A stretch of 35,567 nt of DNA, taken from contig DATGPC010000323.1 of the NCBI GenBank assembly GCA_035305265.1, positions 1-35,567 on the forward strand, read 5' to 3'. Source of the DNA: Thermomicrobiales bacterium (GTDB lineage Bacteria > Chloroflexota > Chloroflexia > Thermomicrobiales > UBA6265). This document shows positions 27,434 through 35,047 of the stretch, one piece after another. How positions within the stretch are numbered: the stretch's first letter is position 1; each line of letters opens with the position of its first letter. The notes beneath the pieces are model-generated. The model was given only the letters and a program-made list of their open reading frames with translations. It searched no databases and was not told where the DNA came from. Both the position numbers and the translations under genes were made by a program.

Positions 27434-28276
27434 GGCAGCCTGCTGACGATCACCAGCCTCCAGCCACGCGCGCAGTTCATCCTGCACGGCGACCTTCAGG
27501 TACGGCCACGACGGCATCCACTGCAATGGCAGGTAATGATCGCCCGGCATCTCGCGGTAGACGACTTGCCCGCCCAGCTTCATCACCTGTTGTCGCGTGT
27601 ATCGAGGAAGGACAACCCGGTCTTCCGTCCCCTGGACGACGAACGTCGGCACGGTGACGCGCGGCGCGGCCCGCCTCACGTCCACCAGCAACGCCCGCAT
27701 CTCGTCCAGCATCCGGGTGGAAAAGGCCGCCTCCTCGCGGAAGAGCCGCTGGGTCTCCGGGTCGCGCGTATCGATGTCGGGTCGGACCTTCCGGTACCAC
27801 TCGTGCACACGCTCGTCCGACCAGTCCACCTTGCCGTAGATGTTGACGTCCTTGATGACGTATTTGCCGATCGGAAGGAGCGAGGCCGCCCGAACCGGGA
27901 TGCGCGTCAGCGGTGCGATGAGGACGAGCAGGTCCGGCGGACGCTCGACGGCGGCAAGCGTCGCGAGCGCGCCGCCGAGCGAGTAACCGAGGAGCACGGC
28001 GCGATCGTACCGGGATCGAACCTGATCCCACGCCTCGTTCACCGCATCGCGCCAGATCTCGCCGGTCATGTCGTTCAACCGCATGATGTCCCGCGCCATG
28101 CCGGGCAGCATCATGCCGTGCGCGTCGATCCCGATCTCGTGGAAGGCCTCGCCAAGCGGCCGGACGTCGTATGGCGAGCCGGTGAACCCGTGCACCAGCA
28201 ACGCGCCGGTTTCGGCCCCGTCGTCATCGACGAAGGCGAATGGATCGTGGACCGGACTGCTGTACCAGCTATCCAT
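27422..28276 (-). CDS. Alpha/beta hydrolase (carboxylesterase/monoacylglycerol-lipase-like)
   Basis: HGFTGSP oxyanion region and the nucleophile elbow GYSLGG. 284 aa. The start lies 3 nt after the stop of the upstream NYN gene. Confidence 0.85.
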   Translation of the reverse strand: MDSWYSSPVHDPFAFVDDDGAETGALLVHGFTGSPYDVRPLGEAFHEIGIDAHGMMLPGMARDIMRLNDMTGEIWRDAVNEAWDQVRSRYDRAVLLGYSLGGALATLAAVERPPDLLVLIAPLTRIPVRAASLLPIGKYVIKDVNIYGKVDWSDERVHEWYRKVRPDIDTRDPETQRLFREEAAFSTRMLDEMRALLVDVRRAAPRVTVPTFVVQGTEDRVVLPRYTRQQVMKLGGQVVYREMPGDHYLPLQWMPSWPYLKVAVQDELRAWLEAGDRQQAALQR

Positions 28277-28279
28277 TCC

Positions 28280-29272
28280 CTATGAGGTCGAGCTCTCGGC
28301 AGGCGCCCGATTGCGGAGCCCCCGGTTCGTCGGGGCAAAGCGACGATGGTAGCGCCGGTCCTCGTAACCGTTCGGCGTCTCCACCGTCTGGTTCCGGTCG
28401 GTCGTGAACGCGGCGTTCTCCTGGTCCTCTTCCTCGAACGAAGCCTCGGGCCATTCGCCCTCCTCTTCATCCAGGCCCAGGGCCCTTCGGACCAACGGGT
28501 GCTCCCGATTCAGCTCGGTCGTGACCAGCTCCTGGCCCTGCCCGTTGATCGTCTGCCGCTTCGTCAGCACGCTCTTGCGAAGGAATTCCATCACCTTCGC
28601 CTCGATGTGTTCGGACGGCAGCAGCGTCCGATCGAGGAACCGCCACAACGTCCGGCTCATATGACTCTGCGTCGGGACGAAGCCGTCATGCAGCTGGTTG
28701 ATGTAAGTGTCGATCGCCTGGATCACCGCGATATCGATGTCCTCGTTCTGGGAGATCTCCAACGGATCATCCTCACCGGCGGCGATGACAAGATCGGGGC
28801 TGACCGACCCCGGCACGCCACAGATGATGACGCGCTTGCCCAGCCGGTTCCGCAGCGTCGTCACCAGCCGGATGAAATCCTTGTCACCGGTGAAAAGCAG
28901 GAACGTATCGATATCGGGCCGAACAAGCGCGGTATTGATGATATCGATCACCAGGTTGAGATCTGACCGCGAGGCGATCTTCTCCCGTCCGCTGGAGTCT
29001 GATGTCCGTTTGACCGGGTAGTCGTGGACCTCGAAGCCTGCAACGTCCAGCCGCGTCCGCATCTGGGGCGGATGTTGCGCAAAGTCGGCGTAGGCCCGCG
29101 CAACGGACATCAATCCATATTTCAGCGCCTTGTCGCGCCATGCCAGGGGATCGGGTTCGCGGCCGAACGAATTGATAGTCGAATATCGAATGTTCTCAAA
29201 ATCAACGAATACCGCTAACTCTTTCGCCTCGCCGCCGGGCGCGACGTGACGAGTCCTGGAGCCGTCATGCAT
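28280..29272 (-). CDS. NYN-domain (LabA/PIN-like) protein with an extended helical and acidic C-terminal region
   Basis: Track ORF 28280..29296 (TTG) trimmed to the ATG at 29272, 9 nt after GGAGGA. LAVFVDFENIRYS, DLNLVIDIINTA and FLLFTGDKDFIRLV are the acidic NYN/LabA motifs. Confidence 0.8.
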   Translation of the reverse strand: MHDGSRTRHVAPGGEAKELAVFVDFENIRYSTINSFGREPDPLAWRDKALKYGLMSVARAYADFAQHPPQMRTRLDVAGFEVHDYPVKRTSDSSGREKIASRSDLNLVIDIINTALVRPDIDTFLLFTGDKDFIRLVTTLRNRLGKRVIICGVPGSVSPDLVIAAGEDDPLEISQNEDIDIAVIQAIDTYINQLHDGFVPTQSHMSRTLWRFLDRTLLPSEHIEAKVMEFLRKSVLTKRQTINGQGQELVTTELNREHPLVRRALGLDEEEGEWPEASFEEEDQENAAFTTDRNQTVETPNGYEDRRYHRRFAPTNRGLRNRAPAESSTS

Positions 29273-29562
29273 GCTCGCCTGTCCTCCATAAGTCAAATAT
29301 CAGGTAATGGCGCCACTGAGGGCAGGGCCGCAATTAACACCCTGGTCCGAAGACAATCCCGATTCGATCAGTAGCACGCTTATTCCCACATCCGATTGTG
29401 GCCGGGCGCCCCGGCGACATACGCGCCGCCATCGGACGCACCTTGGCAGGGACACAACACCCATTCCCAAGGATTTCCCTCTACACTTACAGATTCAGTG
29501 TACCGCAGTTTGGCAATAACGCTGACACGACGGCACGCAATTGCGTGACGCGCGAGCGGGCC

Positions 29563-30558
29563 CTAGGCCCGCCCGCGCGTCTGCTCATGAGCGATCACCG
29601 CAGCGCCGGCGACCCCGGAGTAGTCACCCAGCTTCGACTTGACGATCTCGACCTTGTCGCCAGCGACGGGCAACGCCTCTTGCCTTGTCCAATGCTCCGC
29701 CTGCCGGAACAGCAGGTCCACCGACTCAATCACTCCGCCGCCGAGGATGATCCGCTGCGGATTCACGAAGTTCACCATCGAAGCGAGCCCGAGCCCGAGA
29801 TACTTCCCTGCCTCGACGATCGTCTCCGTGACTACTGCATCCTTCTCCTTGATGGCCTTCTTCAGGACACCGGATCGGATGGCTGACGTCTCGCGTGTCG
29901 GATCCAGGTCATCGACCAGCTTGGTCACGACCGATTTCCGTCCTCGCCGCAGCTCACCCAGGATGACCTTCGTGATCGCGGTGCGCGATGCGTAGGCCTC
30001 GAGGTGACCACGGGCACCGCAACCGCAGATACGACCGTGCGCCTCGATCGTCGTGTGCCCGATCTCCCCGGCGTTTCCGGAGAAGCCGGGGATCAACTCA
30101 CCATTCCGCACGATTGCGCCGCCGATGCCCGTGCCAACGAACACGCACATGAAGTCGTTGCAATCACGGCCGGCGCCAAACCGATGCTCGCCGATCGCGG
30201 CGATCTGCACGTCGTTCCGCAACGCGGCCGGGACCTTGTATTTCCTGGTCAGCAGCTCGGCCATCGGCAGGTTCACGACCGACCGGCTCAGGTTCGCGGT
30301 CCCGATCAGGAGCCCTCGTTGCGCGTCGACCTGGCCGGCGATGCCGACACCGATGCCGGTGACGTCCTTCGCCTTCATGCCCGCGTCCTTCAACGCGCCG
30401 TCGACGACCTCGTAGATGCGCGCCATCAGCGCATCACCCGTATCGAACAGGCTCGTCCGGACCTTCGCTTCTCCGGCAATTTCGCCCGTTTCTACATTCA
30501 CGACGCCGGCAAGCACCTTCGTGCCGCCAAAATCCACGCCAACCGCATACTGCGCCAT
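29563..30558 (-). CDS. ROK-family sugar kinase (glucokinase-like)
   Basis: Track ORF 29563..30954 trimmed to the ATG at 30558 (MAQYAVGVDFGGTKVLAGVV...), preceded by GGAGAAGGGGA. ROK signatures GIGGAIVRNGEL, GNAGEIGH, and the Zn motif CGCGARGHLE. Confidence 0.9.
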   Translation of the reverse strand: MAQYAVGVDFGGTKVLAGVVNVETGEIAGEAKVRTSLFDTGDALMARIYEVVDGALKDAGMKAKDVTGIGVGIAGQVDAQRGLLIGTANLSRSVVNLPMAELLTRKYKVPAALRNDVQIAAIGEHRFGAGRDCNDFMCVFVGTGIGGAIVRNGELIPGFSGNAGEIGHTTIEAHGRICGCGARGHLEAYASRTAITKVILGELRRGRKSVVTKLVDDLDPTRETSAIRSGVLKKAIKEKDAVVTETIVEAGKYLGLGLASMVNFVNPQRIILGGGVIESVDLLFRQAEHWTRQEALPVAGDKVEIVKSKLGDYSGVAGAAVIAHEQTRGRA

Positions 30559-30640
30559 GTCGTCCCCTTCTCCGCGTTGCTGGACCAGTCGCTGGCCTCG
30601 ATTCACAAGGCAGGATACAGGTTCACACCCGGTACGTCCC

Positions 30641-31582
30641 TCATGCTCCTGCGTCCAGCGCCTCGATGACCTTCCCGAAGTCGGTGATTGTCGAGGGGGT
30701 GCACAGGTCGAGACCGCACACGAAGTGCGACAGGCCAAGATCGCGGAACTCCGCCAATCGGGCGGCCATCGCCTCCGCGTCGCCCTCCGTCGCGTTGCCA
30801 CGCCGGCCGGTATACCCCTCCATCGCGAAGTTTCCACCCGCGGTTCGGATGAGCGACTCCCTGGGCCGGCCAATCGCGTCGCAGGCAGCGTCCACCTTCG
30901 GCAGCAACTCGGCGACCTTCGACGGATCGCTGTGCCAGACGGTGTTCCATGCATCCGCGAATTCGGCCACGAGCCCGAGCATACGCTCGCCCGACGACCC
31001 GATCAGAATGGGCGCCCCTCCCTCGCGCGGCCCTCGCGGGAGGTTGACGGCATTGTTCGCCTGGAAGAACCGGCCCTGGTAATCCGCATGGCCGTCGCGG
31101 AGCAACGGATGGATGATCCTGATCGCATCCTCGAACCGGCTCACGCGGTAATCGAAGGGAAAGCCGAACTGCTCGTACTCAGGCTGATGCCAGCCAGCGC
31201 CGAGCCCGAGGATGAACTTCCCACCGCTGATCTCGTCGATCGCCTCGGTCATCTTGGCGATCACGCCCGGGTTCCGGAACCCCGTGCAGGCAACGAGGGT
31301 ACCGATCTGCACGTCCGGCACGGCCGCCGCAACGCCGGCCATCATCGTCCACGCTTCCCAGACGCCACGGACGTTCCCACTCTCCGGCTCCGTAAAGGAG
31401 AAGTGGTCCGCGAACCAGATTGCCTCGAACCCGACGTCCCGCGCCGTCTGGGCCATCTCGACCATGTCGCTGAAGCGCGGCGTCTCGCCAAAATGCGACC
31501 TTTCGCCGATTGGCAGCATCAGCCCCAGGCTCATCGGTCTCGTCGACTCGAACCAGATCGGGCGCGTCGTTCCTTCGTTCAC
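30641..31582 (-). CDS. Luciferase-like monooxygenase (LLM) family oxidoreductase, likely F420-dependent (paralog 1)
   Basis: GFEAIWFADHF, TGFRNPGVIAKMTEAIDEISGGKFILGLGAGW and FGFPFDYRVSRFEDAI are typical of the LLM class of F420-dependent oxidoreductases. Confidence 0.8.
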   Translation of the reverse strand: MNEGTTRPIWFESTRPMSLGLMLPIGERSHFGETPRFSDMVEMAQTARDVGFEAIWFADHFSFTEPESGNVRGVWEAWTMMAGVAAAVPDVQIGTLVACTGFRNPGVIAKMTEAIDEISGGKFILGLGAGWHQPEYEQFGFPFDYRVSRFEDAIRIIHPLLRDGHADYQGRFFQANNAVNLPRGPREGGAPILIGSSGERMLGLVAEFADAWNTVWHSDPSKVAELLPKVDAACDAIGRPRESLIRTAGGNFAMEGYTGRRGNATEGDAEAMAARLAEFRDLGLSHFVCGLDLCTPSTITDFGKVIEALDAGA

Positions 31583-31623
31583 GGTTTTCTCCTCGCGCTA
31601 TGCATCATGTCGGTTCCAGCCTG

Positions 31624-31646
31624 TATCGCACAGGAAATGCCCGATC
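31624..31646 (-). promoter_or_regulatory. Conserved upstream element, copy 1 (shared by both LLM paralogs)
   Basis: The plus strand reads TATCGCACAGGAAATGCCCGATC, 42-64 nt upstream of the LLM1 ATG. It matches 32647..32668 at all but 2 substituted positions and 1 indel. The minus strand reads TGcGATACA, which is extended -10-like. Confidence 0.35.
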
Positions 31647-31653
31647 GGTAGCC

Positions 31654-32610
31654 TCACCCGTCCTGGCGGGAGGCGTCAAACGCGGCGATGACGTCGCCGA
31701 ACGCTTCGACCTGCGAGACGGTCCTCGGTTCGAGGCCGCAGACGAAGTGCCGCAACCCGAGACGCTGGAAGGTCACCAACCGCTCGGCCATCTGTTCCAC
31801 GGTCCCTGCGACAGCATCGGTCCGGCTGGCATCCTCATCATCCATCTGGAATCGGGCGCTGCCGGTCTTTACCAGCGTTTTCGGGTCCCTCCCAACCGCC
31901 TCGCAGGCCGCGTCAACGCTGGCGATCAGCGTTTCCATCTTCTCAGGGTCGGCTTCCCAGTCGCTGTTCCAGGCGTCGGCATACCGGGCCACCGTCTTGA
32001 GCAACCGCTTTCCGTTACTCCCGATCAGGATCGGCGGACCCGATGCCCGCGGTCCGCGCGGCCGGTTCACCGCATTGTTGGACTGGAAGAACCGGCCCTG
32101 ATAGTCAGCCCGCCCCTCCCGCAGCAACGGATGGACGATCTGGACCGCGTCCTCGAACCGGCTCGCGCGGTAATCGAAGGGAAAGCCGAACTGGCGGTAC
32201 TCCAACTCGTTCCACCCCGCACCCATCCCGAGGATGAACCTGCCGCCGCTGATCTCTTCCATCGATTCGGCCATCTTGGCGATGACGCCGGGGTTGCGAA
32301 ACCCGGTACACGTCACCAGCGGCCCGATCTGGACGTCCGGCACGCGCGCGGCGACGGCGGCCATCATCGTCCACGCTTCCCACACCCCGGCCATCTCGTC
32401 TTCGGTGCCCATGGTGAAATGGTCGGCGAACCAGAGCACCTCGAAGCCCACATCCCGCGCGGCCATCGCCATCGTGACGAGGTCATCGAAGCGTGGCGTC
32501 TCACCGCCCATGCTCCCTTCCCGGATCGGCAGCATCATGCCCAGGCTCATCTGCCGAGGCGAGTCGAACCAGACTGGGGCGGTCGTGGCCGGCATGGTGT
32601 CGTCAGGCAT
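31654..32610 (-). CDS. Luciferase-like monooxygenase (LLM) family oxidoreductase, likely F420-dependent (paralog 2)
   Basis: Track ORF 31654..32700 trimmed to the ATG at 32610, preceded by AAGGAG. By eye about two-thirds identical to paralog 1, with the same motifs. Confidence 0.8.
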   Translation of the reverse strand: MPDDTMPATTAPVWFDSPRQMSLGMMLPIREGSMGGETPRFDDLVTMAMAARDVGFEVLWFADHFTMGTEDEMAGVWEAWTMMAAVAARVPDVQIGPLVTCTGFRNPGVIAKMAESMEEISGGRFILGMGAGWNELEYRQFGFPFDYRASRFEDAVQIVHPLLREGRADYQGRFFQSNNAVNRPRGPRASGPPILIGSNGKRLLKTVARYADAWNSDWEADPEKMETLIASVDAACEAVGRDPKTLVKTGSARFQMDDEDASRTDAVAGTVEQMAERLVTFQRLGLRHFVCGLEPRTVSQVEAFGDVIAAFDASRQDG

Positions 32611-32646
32611 CGAGATCTCCTTCGTAACGCGTATCGCTCTACCGGT

Positions 32647-32668
32647 TATCGCACGGGAGATGCCGATC
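32647..32668 (-). promoter_or_regulatory. Conserved upstream element, copy 2 (shared by both LLM paralogs)
   Basis: The plus strand reads TATCGCACGGGAGATGCCGATC, 37-58 nt upstream of the LLM2 ATG. The minus strand reads TGcGATAAC, which is extended -10-like. Confidence 0.35.
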
Positions 32669-32690
32669 TGGAAGGGGAGACAGGCCAAAC

Positions 32691-32711
32691 GGCGGTCCAA
32701 TGCGGACCGCC
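32691..32711 (-). terminator. Candidate terminator between the VOC array and the LLM genes
   Basis: 8-bp arms GGCGGTCC / GGACCGCC with a 5-nt loop, 31 nt after the stop of 32742..33530. On the minus strand it is followed by GTTTGG. Confidence 0.4.
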
Positions 32712-32741
32712 GCCTGCCAATTCAACCGTTTCAGCCCCGCC

Positions 32742-33530
32742 CTACCCGTTTTGCCCGAGGCAGAATGGATGCCCTGCCGGATCACGCATCACCACATGAC
32801 GAGCGCCCTCGCCCGGCTCGTAGGCCACGGTCGCGCCACAGGCCAATGCGTGCGCCTTCGCGGCCTCAAGGTCGTCGACCGCCATGTCCATGTGCAGTTG
32901 CTGTCCGCGTTCCTGCGTCGGCCACGTCGGGCCCAGATATCCATCAACCCGCTGGGTGCCGATGACGAAGCCACTGGCCGAACGCACCGCCGCGTACTCG
33001 TCGTCCGGATTCCAGATGCGTTCACCGCCGAGAAGGGCCTGGTAGAAGTCGACCAGCGCATTGTGATCCGGACAGTCGAGGAACGGCATTCGCAGCGCGA
33101 CAGGCGGTCGACCGTCCACGGCCTCCTTCACCGGTCCGTCCACCGGTTCATGGTGGCCAACGAAGCAGAAAGGGTGCCCGGCGGGATCCAGCATCACGAT
33201 GAAATCATCGTCGGGATGATCTTCCGCCGGCTGGACATCAGCCCTCGTTGCCCCGATCGATTCGGCGAACCGGGCCGCGACCTCCAGGTCCGGCGTCGCG
33301 AAGTCAAGGTGCATCTGCTGCCCGCGCTGCTGTGTCGGCCACGTCGGCGGCAGGTAATCGTCGACAGGCTGCAGGCCCAGATCTACCCCATGCTCGTTCT
33401 CGAGGAGCGATGGGTGTCCCTCGTTGCGATACGGCGTGTAACCGGTCAATGCCGCGTAAAAGTCCAGCAGCTCGGTTGTCCGGTCGGGTGGGTAATCGAT
33501 AACGATCTCTCGAACCTCAATCGAGACCAT
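32742..33530 (-). CDS. Two-module glyoxalase-like (VOC, Glyoxalase_6-type) protein
   Basis: Two ~125-aa repeats. Each contains (L/G)P(P)TWPTQ(Q/E)RGQQ(M/L)H(L/M)D and ends in DPAGHPFC. GGAGGG SD. Confidence 0.85.
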   Translation of the reverse strand: MVSIEVREIVIDYPPDRTTELLDFYAALTGYTPYRNEGHPSLLENEHGVDLGLQPVDDYLPPTWPTQQRGQQMHLDFATPDLEVAARFAESIGATRADVQPAEDHPDDDFIVMLDPAGHPFCFVGHHEPVDGPVKEAVDGRPPVALRMPFLDCPDHNALVDFYQALLGGERIWNPDDEYAAVRSASGFVIGTQRVDGYLGPTWPTQERGQQLHMDMAVDDLEAAKAHALACGATVAYEPGEGARHVVMRDPAGHPFCLGQNG

Positions 33531-33542
33531 ACGCCGCCCTCC

Positions 33543-34313
33543 TTATCCGCGATAGCACAAACAGAATGGGTGTCCGGCCGGATCCAGCATCACGACAAAA
33601 TACCGACCCGGCTCCCGATCCACAACCGTCGCGCCCAACGCCTCCGCCTGCGTGACCGCTTTGTCGAGGTCATCCACGAGGTAGTCGATATGCATCTGCT
33701 GACCGCGCTCCTGCGTCGGCCATGTCGGCGGGAGATACTCCTCCTCCACCTGCTGGAAGAGGTACAGCAGCCCGTTCTCGCCCACGAGCTTCGGGTACTC
33801 ACCCGCCGGCGCGCGATACTCCATGCCGGTCAGCCCGATATAGAACCGGATCATCGGCCCCACGTCGGGGCAATCCACATCCACGCCGGCCAGCGTGATG
33901 GTGGGAATACCGTCTCGCACGATCTCGCGTCGCCTGGCGTGCTCCTCGAGGCCGGTAAACGGTGCGGCGATGCAAAACGGATGCCCGGCCGGGTCCAGCA
34001 TCACCGAGTAGTCGTCCCACGAGGCGTTGTCCGCCCGGACCTCCCCGATCGACTCCGCGTACGCAACCGCCCCGTCGATATCGCCGGTGACGAACTCCAG
34101 ATGCAGCTGCTGGCCGCGCTCCTGTGTTGGTCAGGTCGGCGGCTGATAGCCGTCGACCTGCTGGAACACCAGCGCAACACCGTGCGCGGAGATCGTCGGA
34201 AACGCATCACCGTAGTCCTCGACCGGCATGCCCGTCAGGTCATGGTAGAAGCGCATCAGCGCGACATCGTCCGGGCAATCGATCACCACACCTTCGAAAC
34301 GGACGTTTGCCAT
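33543..34313 (-). pseudogene. Two-module glyoxalase-like (VOC) gene interrupted by a single in-frame TGA
   Basis: Track ORFs 34131..34340 and 33543..34004 are in the same frame, and the only interruption is the TGA at 34131..34133. Read-through gives ...VDGYQPPT*PTQERGQQLHLEF...SVMLDPAGHPFC..., so the stop replaces the invariant Trp of PPTWPTQERGQQ. ATG at 34313 after GAGGAG. Confidence 0.75.
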
Positions 34314-34458
34314 GCCAGTCTCCTCTGGATAGGGAATCATGTGGAGCCGGATTGGGGGAATCCGGTGGCAGAAGGCTGCCCGACTCCACGAACGGCCAGC
34401 GCCGACCCTTCATCGGGATCGGGGCCGGCGCGACCGGATCGATGACTTGCACGCAAAA

Positions 34459-34818
34459 TCAGCTCGTCTTCGCGAGGCAGAACGGGTGCCCCGCCGGATC
34501 CAGCATCACCTTCCAGAACTCCCCGGGCTGGTGCGCAGCCAGCGTCGCACCGAGGCGCTCTGCCTTCTCCACCGCCTCGTCGAGATCGTCGACGCGGAAA
34601 TCGAGGTGCATCTGCTGTCCACGCTCCTGGTCCGGCCAGGTCGGCGCCACGTAATCCTCGACCTGCTGCAGGAAGATCATCATCCCGTTCTCGCCCTCGA
34701 GATAGAAGAACCCGTCCTGCTCATGCAAAGTCAGGCCCGCCAGGTCCCGGTAGAACTCGCCGAGCGTTTTCGGGTCGGGACAATCGATATTCACCGCAGC
34801 CAGGGTTGCGATCGCCAT
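34459..34818 (-). CDS. Single-module glyoxalase-like (VOC, Glyoxalase_6-type) protein
   Basis: MAIATLAAVNIDCPDPKTLGEFYRDLAG ... VAPTWPDQERGQQMHLDF ... VMLDPAGHPFCL. Same module as the two upstream genes. Confidence 0.85.
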   Translation of the reverse strand: MAIATLAAVNIDCPDPKTLGEFYRDLAGLTLHEQDGFFYLEGENGMMIFLQQVEDYVAPTWPDQERGQQMHLDFRVDDLDEAVEKAERLGATLAAHQPGEFWKVMLDPAGHPFCLAKTS

Positions 34819-34908
34819 GAGGTTCCTCCATCAGGTGACTGTACACAGATATCCACCCGCCTATCTTGCATTGAGAAAGGGACAGAATGCGTCCGCATTC
34901 AGGAATGA

Positions 34909-34940
34909 ACAACGCCGACCTCGAATAGGGTCGGCGTTGT
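34909..34940 (-). terminator. Candidate terminator after the ABC-2 permease gene
   Basis: 12-bp arms ACAACGCCGACC / GGTCGGCGTTGT with an 8-nt loop, about 110 nt after the stop at 35048. On the minus strand it is followed by TCATTCC. Confidence 0.5.
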
Positions 34941-35047
34941 CATCGCGGTTGGTAAGGAACAGGAGTGTGAACGGCGTCAGGGCGCGGCCAGCACCTCCAT
35001 CACCAGCTCGAAAATCCGTCTCAGCCACCTGCGTATTCGTTGCATCG

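Noticed and set aside
27422-29296. Calling the NYN-hydrolase pair, or any part of the window, an anti-phage defence island or mobile element
   Set aside because: There are no integrase, transposase or phage genes, no flanking tRNA, no direct repeats and no obvious compositional island. The neighbouring genes are housekeeping or detoxification genes.
34131-34133. TGA read as Trp or selenocysteine (genetic-code or recoding explanation for the interrupted VOC gene)
   Set aside because: Several well-supported genes in this window end in TGA (both sugar permeases, the CoxG-like gene and mreC). Code-4-like reassignment is not known in GC-rich lineages. Cys/Sec is not expected at an invariant Trp position. 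A nonsense mutation or a base-call error is more parsimonious.
32700-34445. 581-aa plus-strand ORF spanning the whole VOC array
   Set aside because: It is antisense to three genes with repeated conserved motifs, and it even crosses their intergenic gaps. It has no motif content, and the minus-strand genes have proper SD sites.
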